Shown: positions 40,577-54,578 of the stretch, piece by piece
How the letters are laid out: the number at the start of each line of letters is the position of its first letter
How positions within the stretch are numbered: the stretch's first letter is position 1
The notes under the pieces: generated by a model
Seen by the model: only the letters and a program-made list of their open reading frames with translations
The model's database searches: none
Told to the model about the DNA's origin: nothing
Source: the human T2T-CHM13v2.0 reference genome, Homo sapiens
Length of the DNA: 64,000 bases
Direction: 5' to 3' (one strand)
Assembly: GCF_009914755.1 (NCBI RefSeq)
Contig: NC_060932.1
Position numbers and translations under genes: made by a program

Positions 40577-41577
40577 TGTGGGCTGCAAGCCACCCAGGTG
40601 CCGGGGCAAGAGACTGTAGGCACAAGCTGTTCCAGTATAATAAAGAAAATATATAGAACAAGAATAGTTATACTAGAAATAGAATATGGATATGATTATA
40701 TATGAATATTAATCATTAGTTTGTAGCATTACTCTTTATTCCAATATTATAATAATCTCTGTTCTACACTTATAACCTAGGAAAAACCAGGCCATACAGA
40801 GATAGGAGATGAAGGGACACGGTGAGAAGTGAACAGAAGACAAAGAGTGTGAGCCCTCTGTCACGCCCGGATAGGGCCACTAGAGGGATCCTTGGTCTAG
40901 CGGTAACGACAGTGCCTGGGAAGGCACCTGTTCCTTAGCAGACCTTGGTCTAGCAGTAGCACCAGTGCCTGGGAACTTAGCTGACCGGGAAAGGGAGTCT
41001 CCCTTTCCCTGGGGGAGTTAGAGAAGACTCTGTTCCACCACCTCTTGTGGAAGGCCTGACATCAGTCAAGCCCACCCGCAACCATTCAGAGGCCTAAACG
41101 TCTCCCTGTGATGCTGTGCTTCCGCGGTCACGCTCCTGGTCCACTTTCATGTTCCGCCCTGTACACCTGGCTCCGACTTCTAGATAGCAGTAGCAGAATT
41201 AGTGAGAATATTCAAATCTTTGATCTCTCCGAGAAATGCATAGAAGAAATAATGACGTAAGCTGTGCCCTCTCTCTCTCCGCCTCGGCTACCAAACAGGG
41301 AAGGGATCCCTGTCCGGTGGACACATGACTCACGTGACCTTACCTATCATTGGAGATGATTCACACTCCTTACCCTGCCCTCTTGCCTTGTATATAATAA
41401 ATAACATCCCAGCCAGGCATTCGGGGCCGCCACCGGTCTCCGCATCTTGGTGGTAGTGGTCCCCCGGGCCCAGCTGTCTTTTCTTCTATTTCTTAGTCTT
41501 GTGTCTTTATTTCTACGATCTCTCGTCTCTGCACACGAGGAGAAAAACCCACAGGCACTGTAGGGCTGGACCCCACA
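40577..41577 (+). mobile_element. Solo LTR13 (HERV-K HML-4)
   Basis: Starts tgtgggctgcaagccacccaggtgcc and ends ctggaccccaca; ~1 kb. L1 ORF2 is collinear on both sides. Confidence 0.9.
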
Positions 41578-44500
41578 GAAAAGACAAAAACAAATGAAAA
41601 AAGCATTCTATGCTCATGGATAGGAAGAATCAGTATCGTGAAAATGGCCATACTGCCCAAAGTAATTTATAGATTCAATGCTATCACCATCAAGCTACCA
41701 TTGACTTTCATCACAGAATTGGAAAAAACTACTTTACATTTCATATGGAAACAAAAAAGAGCCCGCGTAGCCAAGACTCTTACCCACCTTTCTTATGCAT
41801 AATATTATGGTTCCCTTTTATAAGCAGGGAGAATTTTTCACATAAACTTTATCTAATTCATCAATATAAAAATTATCGCCCATTTTTTAAAGATTTAATG
41901 ATATAAATGTACATTTTAGTGTTCATTTGCCAATTTTAGAGGTATAATATTTAAAGCTCAACAGATGTCCCTACAATAATTACAAAAATTTATCAAGTAG
42001 ATAAATATTCAAAGAGGCTTTGTACTCTATACTAGTCAGCAGTTGACCAATATACAGTATTCTTTCAAAACAAAATCTCTAAAGAATAAATATGGATATA
42101 ACTTGTGGGTATATCCATGAACTTGTGGGTAAGTAAAGCAAAAAAAAAATCTGATCAAAAGAGGTTGCAAAAATGACAGAGGACTAGATTGAAACACTCC
42201 AGGACTGTGAGAGCCTTTAAAGGATTTTAGGAAGCCAAAATATTTTGTAATTACGGTAATTAAAATGTGTAACTCTAATTGTATTTCATATGTGCTCTAG
42301 AACTTAGAAATAAGCATTTACTTATTATTTTAGAAATTGGCATCTCAAATTACTATTGTATTGAGACATCTTGTATAATGAATGAGTTATTTTCTGACAT
42401 TATATTGAATCAGTGAAATATTTAACTGTCATTTTTTCCACATTCAGTTAATTACTTCAGTGGATTTTATGGTAAACAGAAAGCTGAAGCATTTGAAATA
42501 ATTTCTATGCTATATTATTTATATTGTCAGACATATTCTGTGAAAATTTTAATGTTATATGAAATGATATATATTAAATAAGTTAATAAAAAGATAAAAT
42601 CACAATGTGATACCTTTTTGAAAATGTGAAAACGATGTACACCTTGGAAATAACATGTATACTCATTAACATGCTCTTTATACTACTATTTTTAGTATAC
42701 TAAATTATCAGCAAATACATTATTCACATGCTTTAGTGCTATTGGTTTAAGTTTATTGCAATCTTGTGAATACAGATTGACATTCTAGAAACTCAAAGCC
42801 ATGGCAAGGTTTTCCTTCCTTACATCAGATAAGAGCACTTTTCATCAAGGTACATCAGGATAAATTAATAAATCTGGGACCATTTGAATCATATTGAATT
42901 TCAACAGCAACTGATATTTCAGAATTGCCAACTAAGATAAATACCTCTATAGTCTGCTTTGCAATGCCTTTTCTTAACATATTAATATCTAGCCACAATA
43001 AAAGGCCATAATTGCAATAGTTACATTATTACCCTCTTTTTAGCAATTGATTATTTACTTGCCATTTGCAAAATTTTATTTTTGTAAGAATTTTATAAAC
43101 ATGCAACTTTTGTAAGCCGGTGATACAAAACTATAAAAGCTGAACAAAAGTATGTATTAACAAGCTAATGTTCTTCTTGGCCATAATTACAGAAACATAT
43201 TAAGATGATGTCTATTATAAAAGTCTTACTTCAGAATCACAAATATTACACATTTTACTTTATTATCTTTCAATGATTCTACCTCCCTTAGCATTAGCTT
43301 ATCTTTAAGAGTAGAAATTAAAATTCTAAAATCAAAAAGTTTAGCTAATTATATACATATAACCATGAAAAGGACAGTAGAAAAACAACATAATTTTTAA
43401 AAAGTTACATTTTTTCATTGCAGTTAAGGGGTAAAAATATTACATACATATTACAGGTTTCAGAATCAGATGGACAATAATGAGGTATGGTGGATGTTAG
43501 TTCAGTGAGCTATTTTGGGCCTTTTCAGGGAAATAGCTGCTGGTTAAAATATTTAGTTAGTATAAAACAGATGATGCAAATAAATGTGTCATGAAAAGAG
43601 TAATGAAAAATTCCCTGTTAAATAATCTCTATCTCACTTTTCAGGCAAATGTGTTTGTGGCAGACATCGCAATCTATCACTGGCAAAAAAAAAAATCTAA
43701 AAAGCTCCAAAGTGGTAAAAATCAGAAAGCCATAAAGAGATTCTAAAAAGCATCCAGCATGAATTTTTACTTAAGCAACTTCAGATGTAGCTCAAATATT
43801 TTATGTCTCATCATGTTTACCTAGATCGCCTACACACATTCAGTGACCATCAAAGTTGTCAGCAGGCTATTCCCTCACAAATAAAAAATATATGCACCTC
43901 TCACATTAATAGTATTTTTCCTCCTCTCCACAATCTTGTCAACTTCCTGGCTCTCATACTTTGTGCTCTGTGACTATATACCTAAGGTCTCAAGGAAACT
44001 GATTTTGAAAAATATTTACAAATTCTTATAAATAAATATTATAGATCTTATTATTTGACTAAATGAATATATTATCTCAAAAATAATTGTTGATTACTCT
44101 TTTTGGCCTAATAATTAGACAGAGGCTATAGCAATACAAATTAAAAAAGAAAATATTCAGACTTTCAGGAGTATATGTTGTGGGGCCCAAGTGAATTTTC
44201 CAAATCCATAAATATATCATTTATTTCAAATAGTGTGCTATTGAACAGCAAAGTCAATTTGATATTAGTTTCTGAAGAGCCCCCAAAAAGCCAATTGCCA
44301 ATTGGCAATTAGCAAGACTACCATTTTTAGTCTAGATGCTCAAAAGAAAGTGCTGAGGTCAAAAAGGGTGAAAAGAGTTAATCTGTAGTTTAGCTTGATC
44401 TTTAGTTTTGTAACATTACCATTGAACTGTAATCCAAAGCTTTTTGTTCAATAATATTATTTTCCCTTGAACAATTGTGTTGTAAGTCTGTGCACAGTAG

Positions 44501-45379
44501 GCTTCTAAAATGTTAAGACATGTTTATATACACATTTACACTTTAAAAAGTAGGTCTCTCAGTGAATAAATTTTCATTTATCTATACAATATTCTTTCTA
44601 CTTGTAAAAATGTTTCATTCCAGTGTTCATGTTTAAGAATGCCTATAATTAATTGTTTGTAATAGTCATCCATCAAGAATAAAATTGCAAAATAAATATT
44701 TTACATACGTATAATAAATATCAGAGAAGAATGAAAACTAAAAATTATAAATTATGACAGGGATTAATCTATAAAACATAATATGAAGCAAACAAGACAA
44801 CATCAAATATAATACATCCGTTAAGATTGTATCCACATTAGTTTAAATTGAGCAAAACTTAACTCTGTTATGTAGAGATGCATACAACTATTAAACAAAA
44901 AAGCATAAAAATAATTATCAAAAGGTAAAGCACAGGGATTACCTCTAAGAAAAGCAATGACAATTAAAAACATATATTTTAATAAAAGTAAAAAATGTTA
45001 ATCTGATTTTACAATTTGTGATTGAATAAATTTTTTTGTTCAACCCTCCTGAAATTAACTCCTCTGATCTCACTGTGCCATTTAGACAACCCCAAATAAT
45101 GCTATTTTCTTTGAGAAATATGTAATTTACACACATAAAACCCACCATCATCCAAAAATTTAAAAGAATATAATTCACTCAAAATTTTGCAATGTACATT
45201 TTTCATAAAAAGAAAGGGCATTTTAGCAGCCAATCTTGTCAATTTTCCTTAGGAAACTTCACTCCCTGCATCACATTTATAATTTGTATTAATAAGAAAA
45301 CAAACTTATTTTTCTGGTGTTTCAAAAATTGCATATTCTGTTGCCATCAAACTAATCATCAAGTAACTTGTTTAGGTCA

Positions 45380-45624
45380 TTTTTTTCCTTTTTTTTTTTT
45401 GTTCCTTAGGCTGGAGTCAATAGTGTTAGCTCACTGCAACCTCCGCCTCCCAGGTTCAAGGGATTCTACTGCCTCAGCCTCCCGAGTAGCTGGGATTACA
45501 GGCACCCATCACCATGCTCGGCTAATTTTTTGTGTTTTTTAGTAGAGATGAGGTTTCACCATGTGGGCCAGGCTGGTCTCAAACTCCTGAACTCAAGTGA
45601 TCACCCCACCTCAGCCTCCCAAAG
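45380..45624 (-). mobile_element. Alu (AluS/J-like), partly deleted
   Basis: Antisense Alu lacking ~30 bp of the 5' end and part of the 3' end. Confidence 0.9.
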
Positions 45625-46738
45625 CATGCTTGTTTTCTTTAAAAATGACTATATTACCACCTTGTTTGAATTTTTCTAAGAAATTGAAATTTCATTGTCT
45701 ATCCAGATTATATTTTCTCTTGCCTTGAAACATGCCTTGTAATTTGTTGTTGTTGTTGGAAGTCAGACATGTTATATTTGGAAATAGAAATTGTGTATAA
45801 GAGTTTACATTTACGAGGCTGAAAGTTGTTTAGTCTTTACTGTTTGCTGTGCGCACCAATGCATGACTTCAATTTCCTCTACTGTCCTTGTTTTGTCTTT
45901 CCTGTTGTCTTTAGGTTTCCCTAGAAATTCTTCATTAAATATAGTCTGAGCCTTGTAGTTCTATCAGATGTAATCTTCTGCTGTGACACAGATACTCTGT
46001 TGATGTGGTGGTAAGGTGTGTGGGGAGAGGAAGCCTTCAATCATGCCATGATTCAGTCTCAGTCTTTTAGTGGGCCTGTGTCCCTAGGGTGTGATGTTTG
46101 TAAGTGCCCCTCAGTCCCTCCCTCCTCCCACACCACACACATAGACTGACACCATACACACAGAACTAACTTTCTCAACTAAGACCAGAGAAGGCTGAAA
46201 CTGAGTATTTACCTACCTTTACTTTAGTTAACTTCTTGCAAAGTGGTTTCCTTTGAGGACAGAGAAAAATAATCTTTTAGTATATTTCAAATTGGTTACT
46301 TTCTCATGAGCATTCTCCATGATGGTTAGTTTTCCTCTCCTTTTGCTGAAGCATGAGGGGCTTTTTTCATATTTTCACCACAAGAATCTGGATGAGCTCC
46401 TGGGGATAAAGCTCACTACAGTGACCCTTAAGGCTGAATCTTCAGTAGTTTTTAACTCTGAAGCTTCTACACACAACGTGACCAACACTTGATCAGCAAC
46501 CATTTAAGTTTTCCTCTTCTTCCTCTTCTAGCATCTTCTGTTCTTGGTGAGCTGAAACTTTCTGTATTTGAAAGTCTCTCTGGTTTTAAGAGCATCAGTC
46601 CGTTATGTAACCTTAATTCTAGGATGCACTTAAGAATGCTTTTTGATTTTTAGTTTGTTCAGTTTTTCTTTTTTCTTGAAGGAAGGATGACAGTGATGCC
46701 TTCTAAGGTCTTCATACTGTAGCAGAAATAGAAATTCC
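45625..46738 (-). mobile_element. Old L1M 5' region
   Basis: catgccttgtaatttgttg...gtcagacat; ends cttctaaggtcttcatactg...gaaatagaaatt (L1ME/MD-type 5' end pattern). Confidence 0.55.
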
Positions 46739-48119
46739 TGAACATATATATTTAAAATAAGGTTTCTGAATCTGAAAATGGTTTAGAGACTTTCACGTAG
46801 TTTAAAAAATTGAAATCTAATCAAAATATGCAACTGAAAATAACTTCAGTGATTAATACTATATTATACACTGTTGTGTTAGGAAAGCATAGATTTCATA
46901 CATAACAGCTTGACTATAGCAGTTATGTAATAACTTTGAGATAAGAAATGATGTTCAAAATTATAAGACTGTAATTTTTAATTTTCTCTAGCCTAAAATC
47001 TATTATCACCACATCAAGCATCATATAGCAAATGTTTTTTTTATGGCCCTGTTTTGGATGTGATGAGATGTAAATACAGTTACTATGAACTTGCCAACTA
47101 TTAGAGAGACTAGAGCCAGTGTCTTAGTTCTCTTTCTGGAAAGAGTGTTTACAAACTTAGAGTTTGAAAACATATGCACAATGTACATTACACCATAATG
47201 TATGTACTCTGTACAATATGTATAGTATGTTTCAAAGCATTGTTTAAGAATAAGACAAAATATGTGTTAAGTGAATTCATAAAAATACACAACTTCGTGA
47301 TATTATAATAATCTTATGCTAGGAAAACCAAAATAAATATCTAAATTATATTACAGCCTTAAGGCAAGTGAAAGAGAAAGTGAGGCATTAGAAAGTATAA
47401 AGTTTCCATTAAAGGGGAAAAGAAGGTAGAAGATAGCAAATTTTGGGGTGGGGGTTTGATAGCTTCAGTAGACAGAATAAGAGAAGTAGAAAGGCAAGAG
47501 GACTAACTGAGAAAAATTTAATTTTTAATTTGATGTCCAAAAAATGTACCAGTTAATTCCTCTCATCCTGTCGAAATTGTCATCTTTTTTCTCCCCAAAA
47601 TGTCCATAATTATTTTGAGATTTATGTTAGTTTATAAGCTAACATTTTGGAATATTTAAAACTTAGATGTACTCATCAGGTTCTCAAACCTCAGGGCTCC
47701 AAAGATAAAAATGCTATTTCATTAAACTAATCAATTTTGAAAAAATATGATTTTTTATTTGGAGGCTAGTAATTTCTTCAATTGGATTTCTTCATCTGCT
47801 CTTCACTGACCAATAATTTTAGTATGCTGTATGTTTCATAGGCTTATTAGAATTTGAACAAACCCAATAGATTTTTAGGAAGTTCTGTCACTGCCATAAA
47901 TAGTAATTGTATCAATGTTATCAGTTATCATTACTCACTGAGTAATGATATAAATGAGAGGCTCATGTCTATTTAACATTCTTGAAAAATGTAATGCCAT
48001 TTATCTCACAATCAGGAAATTACAAATGAATAAAAAATCGAATATATGTATACATACAAAATAATGGAAGTCATATTATTACATGAATAATCTGGTTTTG
48101 ATATTAAAAACATGAGCTT

Positions 48120-48256
48120 TTATCAGGGATAATGTCAGCTGTTTGGTAGTATAAGAAGCCGCAGACCTCACTGCCCCACAGAAGCACTGACTTAGCAACA
48201 TATATTTGTCCAAAACACCTTTAAAAGAACTCCAGAAACCAGTTATGAAGTCATAG
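48120..48256 (+). mobile_element. Old L1M 5' UTR start (continues at 54579)
   Basis: ctttaaaagaactccagaaaccagt motif; joined to 54579 through the ATAG TSD of the provirus. Confidence 0.6.
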
Positions 48257-50199
48257 TGAAACAGCTCCATTGTCTGAGGAATTATCCGTGGTTCGTTGTC
48301 TCACGCTGAGAAAGAATTCAGGACACAGACACAGCCGAGGAGTGGGTTTAGGAGTGGAAAGTTTAACAGACAAAGAAGAAGAAGAGAGAGAGAAAGCTTC
48401 CTCATGCTGAGAAAGTGGGCTGACCAAGAGAGGGTTTCTGGGTTAGGGGCGGAACGTGGTTGGTTTTGTACAGAGGCTTAAGGAGGCAATAATAGATTTA
48501 CATCGGGACCAGGAGATTGTTTTGACCAGGTGTGCCATTTACATAGCCAAAAAGAGTGGCCCTCCCACCCTAATTTTTATTATGGAAATGCGGCTTCTAC
48601 CTGATGGTCACCATGAAACCTGCACACGTGGTTTCATCTGGCCGGTGCCCTGATACCTACACACCTGGCCACAAGAAAAAGGGAGCGGGAACCGCCATAT
48701 TAAATGTACCTGGTTTCCAGGTAGCGCTGCTGGCATTTAAATAGGAAAGCTTCTAGCTCGCATATCTATGCTTTCAGCTTGACTTTTCAGGCTGCTTTCT
48801 GTTAGAAAAATGGTTTGAGGGCTGCATTTTATTAAAGGAAAATTCCACTGAGAACTCTTTTACCCTTTCTAGCTGCCTAACTTTAATTCCTTAACAACTC
48901 CTGTATTATTCTCCCCTCAGGAGATGTAACCCTAACTGCTTTTAGGGGGTGTTGGATGGCGATTCTTTCTGGCTACTTCCTGCTTAAAAGGGGCATCACG
49001 TGAGGGGACAGCAGTTGGGGCTGCTCCTGAGGCCGATCTAAGGGTTCTCAGAAGAATGGCAAGTCCGTGTGCGGCTCTGTTCGCAGCACCATTTGGAGTT
49101 TGCTTCTCGGTGAAAAGAGACAAATTTTATAAGAAGGTTTAAAATATAGGGCTAGAATATGAGTATTAAGATTACCACTATTAGTGGGGTTATTATGGAC
49201 CATAACTATGTTATATACTAGAATTTGATAGCTATTAGTTACATCAATTGATTGTAATATCACTTTCCCTCCACCAGATGTCACTGTACAATACCAGAAA
49301 TATTAATATGGCAGTAACATTTTATTTGAGAAAAAACATACATGCCTCCCTTGGCTTGCCATTAGGGAATAATTTTAGATTTAGGCCATTTTTATAACTT
49401 GGAATATGATTGGGAGAAATATATTATCAGGTAGTTAAATTTAGTGTTAATCTTGGCAATTCCTTTCATTTAATTATTAAATTCTTTCATGACTTCCATA
49501 GACAATCTTACAACATACTTAAACTTTCTGATTTGTCCTATACATCCTTCCATTAAACAACCAGTCATTTAGTTTTAGGACAAGAATTTGCCATATAAGA
49601 TCCTTCCTTATATAAAATCTCTTTCTTTATAATTTTCTTTTCATAGCTTAGAGTCCACTACATTACCAATCTTTAATAAAAAGTTATAACAAACTTAATG
49701 ATAGCAAAACCTTCATGCTTACTTCTTGTCTATAACTATTACTCCTGCTATAAGCAAAAAACCTTGATTAAATCTTTCCTGCAATTATTAATCCTGTTAT
49801 AAAGATGATAATTAGGCCAAATATTGTAGCAAGTAGAGTTTTACAACCAGAATTTCACATTGTGGGTTCCACAGTGTATAGCTCTATTGCAAATAGTAGA
49901 GTAAGTATAACAATTACTGCAAGAGTGGTATAATAAAATAATTTACATTTAAAACTTTACTTGCCAAGATATAATATTTCCCTTTGGGGATTTATGATGT
50001 TACAAATGCAATCCCATGTATAATTAAAATCTCCCTGCATGTATGCTTTAAAAAGCAGTTCTAATATTTGGCAGTGAATTTTGAGAGGAAAGGTAGAAAT
50101 GATAAAGAAGTATCTGGTAAGGTGGAACGGGACTGAGTAGGATGAGTAGCGTTCACTCAGTTGCTTATCTTTTATGATTATCAGCTCAAGATCTTCTGT

Positions 50200-51300
50200 T
50201 TCTTCACATCGATATTCAGGACATTCCTCTGGCCTGTCAGGGGTTCCTTCCTCAGCTCTTCAGGCTTTGAGTTGAGTGTGACGCATTCAGAAGTTGATAC
50301 CTGTAACTTTTACTGCCAGGGGGGTTGAAAGAAGAACAGTGTGGGGCCCTTTCTAGCTTGGGTTTAGAGAAGGAGAGAGAGAGGAGATTTTCACTAATAC
50401 CAAATGTCCTGGGTTAAGTAAAAGTGGTCCTATTTTATTGGGGTTGGGCTTTTGCTAGTTGTGTTAATTCCTGTTGGAAGTGAGATAGAGAGGCTACATG
50501 CTTAACCAATTTAGAGGTTTTCTTCCTGAAAACAATCTCTGAGCACATTGATAAGTTTTATCCTTTCTTAAGTGAAAAGCTTGGCAAAGGATTTTAAGGA
50601 CTTTCCATTGGCTGGAGGCTAGCAAATGGAGTTTGCCATCCTCTGACTGCAGCTATCCTGAGGGCTGGAAAGAATACCCTTGAGAAGTGGCCTATTTCAT
50701 GTCTGCAGGGGAATACTGAGGTTTAATTTGTCTTATGGAGCCTTCCTAGATTAGAAGGGCTTCAAGTGTGCTGATGCCTTGAAGCTTCCTTGCTGCTCAC
50801 TTGTGTGCCTCATTAGCTAACCTATTTCCTTTGGCTGCTTTATTTGTTCACTTTTGATGTTCCATATAATGTATCACTGATATTTCTTGTGGAAGGAAAA
50901 CTGAGGACAGTAACCTATTTATTTCCTGGTGATATTTTATAGAAGATTCATTAGTGGTAAGAAAATGTCTTTCCTTTTAAATGGCAGCATGAGCATGGAG
51001 AACTAAGAAAGAATACTTGGAGTCAGTGTGAATGTTAACTACCTTTCCCGTGCTTAATTTAACTGCTCTGTAAGAGCTATTAGTCCAGCTAATTGAGCAC
51101 TTGTGCCTGGAGAGAGATGTTATTTAGAGTGACTAGTGCATATCCTGCCTTACGCATCGCTTGCTTTACTGGCTGTTTGTGAGCTAAGGGCTCCCCCTAG
51201 AGTACAGTAATTTTGCCACATTATGTTGGGTATAAATAGTTATTTCCTAGGGCTAATTTAGAGGCTTTTCTGACTAGTAGAGCCATGGTGACAATGGCCT
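50200..51300 (-). pseudogene. Patchwork pol remnants (RNase H, integrase C-terminus)
   Basis: Minus strand encodes SAQLAGLIALTRAV...VNIHTDSKYSFLVLHAHAAI (RNase H) and W--PHTVLLSTPLAVKVTGI (IN C-terminus). RT appears largely absent. Confidence 0.75.
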
Positions 51301-51539
51301 GGAGGCATGTGTAAACAGTAGGTTCTCCTAACTGTAACTAAGAGGTTGAGAAAAATGTTGGATTAGAGTTTTTCCTGAGATGCACCTTATGGTGCTATGG
51401 GAAGAGGGGAGGCCTGGATTAGAGAAGTGAAGAGAGAGAGACAGAGACTAGCTGTAGAGCTTAGAAGGAGGTCTACTTTACTTCCTTCAATTTACAGAAT
51501 CACCCAGGGCTCTTGTGCTGTAATGGCAGTTTGAGCTAC

Positions 51540-52790
51540 TGAAGCCGGGGGTTTGAGCCCTGGGATCCATCCGTCCTGCTGGAATATCTGTGAAACTGGT
51601 TCCGAACCTGGTGACCTCTACCTCCGGGGTCAGTTTGATCTCCAGTGGTCTCCACCACAGGCTGGACAGGGTCAAGGTGGCTTCCTCTTGCTGTTTGGGC
51701 ACTCCTTAAAATGCCCTTGCCTGCCACACTGATAGCAACTAGCCGATGTACCTCAGGGGTCCTGGACTTTGTAATCCTGCAAAGCAGCTGCTAGAGCCTT
51801 TGTTCTTCTCCTGAGATTCCTCTTTTTCTCTTAGGCCTCCTCCTGGTCCCTATTATAAAAGACCAAAGTGGCCACCTTCAGGAGGTTCTCTAAGGTGCTC
51901 TCTGGTCCTATAACTTGCTTCTGTAGTTTCTTTGTAATATTGGGAGCTGCCTGTGCCATAAATTTGTCCTTTAGAATGAGCTGTCCCTTGACTGAATCGG
52001 GGGATAAGGAGGTGGGCACTATTCATGCCTCTTTCAGTCTTTCCATAAAGGCTGCAGGATTCTCATCAGAATTTTGGTGTATCATACACAGTTTAGAATA
52101 ATTGAGAGATTTGGCCTTAGTTCTTCGTACGCCCTTTAATATGCATTTTAAAAAGTCCTTTCTTTTCCATTTATCTGCAGAGCCATTGAGGTTCCAATCA
52201 AGGTTGTCAAGAGGAACTGCTTCACTCCCTATTGGGAATGGAGTTTCTGCTATTTCTTCACTTTCCCTATCTCCTTTCTTCCCTTTTAGTGTATTATAGG
52301 AGACACGTTGCTTATCTCTGAAATTCTCTACTGCCTGCAGAGCTGACTGCTTTTTATTTGTGGTTAAGGTTTGGATTAGGAGCAGCATAACATCCTTCTA
52401 TCTGAGGTAAAACATCTGAGTTAAATTCTGAAAAGCTATGTACCTATTGGAGTTGTCAGAAAATTGGTCTAAGTCTTTATTTGCCTAAGGGCCTGTAATG
52501 AGAAGGGAGCTTGAGGTGGCCCCAAATAAGGGGGAATCTCAGATGAATCCCTTGGAAGTTGCTTTTTTAATTCTGGGGGATTATTCTCTGTAGGCCTGCC
52601 TGATATGCCTGTTAAAAAGGCTGGGTTGACCTTACAATGCTTGCAAATGTTTAGTAGAAATGCCATGCCTTTGTGCAAAAGAAAATGAGTTGCTTTTCTC
52701 TTCAAAGTCCTGAAGTTAAAGGAGTACCAGTGTTTCAGGGTGCACTCCAGTGGGGTGCAAGCTGAAGTTGGTTTGTTACCTATCTACAAA
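51540..52790 (-). pseudogene. Disrupted gag (HERV-W/HERV9-like CA and NC)
   Basis: ORFs 52023..52388 (ENPAAFMERLKEA, major homology region) and 51831..52019 (GQLILKDKF...VFYNRDQEE); CYQCGRQGHF zinc knuckle near 51740. Confidence 0.85.
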
Positions 52791-53893
52791 AATAAATGAG
52801 AATAAAAGTGTCCTTTTAGTTTCTCTCCTTTCACTGTGACCCAGGGTGGAGTGGAATACAGTGGGAGCATCTGCCTGACTGTTTTCTCTCCTTGGTTCCT
52901 GAGTCCTGGCACCATGTTAAATGTCCTGGCCATGGTTGCAAGTGTGGCCCTCCAAGCCATGGAAGTGGATGAACTAAGTAATGGGATTTAACCACGCTTT
53001 ACCCACACAGCCTTAGTTATCCTCCTGTGAATCCATTTTGATTTCCAAAACTTGTGTGATCTGCCTGGCTCTGAAAAAATGGATCTCTGAAAGACTGTAA
53101 TAGTCACTTTTGAGCAAGGCTTCTTTAACGGAGGGAATGTGCTAGTTGCCTGCTATTACGGCCCCGTGCTAAAACATTCACCCTTAAGGAAAATGGTTCC
53201 GGTTACATTCTAAACTTAAAATCCCCTTACCTAATCAAGTACTATTTTAATTGGGAGACAGAATAGGTGCCTGAAATGAATGTAGAGGCCTAATGGCAAT
53301 TTCTTCTGTAGATGGGACAGTATTGGAACTAAAATTTGGCTACAAAGGACATTTTACTCCTAACTGTTGAAGGCAGAGCTTTCCTATTCACAAAAGGGGC
53401 TTTTCTAGAGGCACAAAAAGAGAGAATTGGGAAGCTGCTGTATTAACAGCAAAGGACCTACAATGTGCCCAATCAAGAGGGTTTCTATTTCCATTAGGTG
53501 GTGGTATTGGCTGAGAAATATCATGTGCTCACCAGTACTATGGCATTTTCCCAACAGAACTGTTTACATGAACTGTAAAACTTCCTGCACATTGCATAAA
53601 CAGAGAGGATAGAAGACATAGCAACTGTGGTTAGAAAAGAAGGAAAATTTTGTGACAGGATAGCTGGAGATCCATTACCAACAACCAGATGGGTTGTTGG
53701 AGGCCTTTGAATAATGCCATGTTGTGCTTTGGCCAAAAATCCTCAGTTGCTCTAGTATTTCTCCCACCCGCACATGATGTCAAGGTTCTCTATGAAAGAA
53801 AATTTGTTTGAAGAGAGTCTTGAGACTAAAGGACAGATTTGAGGTTCACTCCATACTCACCACTCCAATGTTTCTATCTCCCTTCTGATCCAG

Positions 53894-53911
53894 ATCCCAA
53901 AAGAGTCCCCA
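53894..53911 (-). promoter_or_regulatory. Primer-binding site, tRNA-Pro type
   Basis: tggggactcttttgggat vs TGGGGGCTCGTCCGGGAT (14/18), 2 nt after the 5' LTR. Confidence 0.8.
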
Positions 53912-54578
53912 GATGAAATGGCTTTGTTGTCTGGGGAATTACCTGTGGTTTGTTGTCTCACACCTAGAAATAATTCAGTACACAGACACACATGAGGAGT
54001 GGGTTTAGGAGAAGGAAGTTTAATTGACAAAGAAGGAGAAAGAGAGAAATCTTCCTCATGCTGAGAAAGCAAGTTGCCCAAGAGGACATCTCAGGGTTTT
54101 GGATGGAACACAATTGATTTTGTACAGAGGCTTGAGAAGGCAGTAATTGATTTACTTAGGGCTCAGGGGATTGGCTTGACCAGGTGTGCCATCTACATAG
54201 CCCACAAAAAGACTGGGCCTTCTCACCCTAATCTTTTATTATGCAAATGTGGCTTCTACCCAAAGGTCACCATGACACCTACACACGTGGTTTTACCTGG
54301 CTGATGCCATGGTTCCATGACACCCGCACACATGGTGGCAAGAAAAAAGGAGCAGGAACTACCATATTGAATGTACCTGGCTTCTAGGTAGAGCTGCTGG
54401 CATTTACATATGAAAGCCGATGGCTTGCATATCTATGCTTGCAGCTTGACTTTTAAGACTGCTTTCTGTTAGAACAGAAATGGTTTGGGGGCTGCTTTTT
54501 ATTAAAGGAAAATTCCACTAAGAACTCTTTTACCCTTTCTAGCTGCCTAAAAATAATTTCTTAATAACTCTTGTATTA

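Larger units (their letters stand above)
39377..41777 (+). mobile_element. L1PA internal ORF2 (RT domain) fragment, split by LTR13
   Basis: ORFs 39725..40078 and 40075..40461 are L1 ORF2p RT ([14 protein letters not shown]..., [10 protein letters not shown]). Frameshifted, with no tail. Confidence 0.95.
48257..54578 (-). mobile_element. Two-LTR ERV1 provirus (HUERS-P3/LTR9-like), internally deleted; 5' LTR 53914-54578, 3' LTR 48257-48908
   Basis: Two ~650-bp direct repeats, 4-bp TSD atag (48253-48256 and 54579-54582), PPT cctgaggggagaa next to the 3' LTR, tRNA-Pro PBS, and gag and pol remnants. Confidence 0.9.

Noticed and set aside
39725-40705. Overlapping ORFs resembling reverse transcriptase
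   Set aside because: Frameshifted fragments of L1 ORF2p interrupted by a duplication and LTR13. Not a functional gene or novel RT system.
40888-40980. Repeated ccttggtctagc...cagtgcctgggaa unit
   Set aside because: As recalled, an internal repeat of the LTR13 family.
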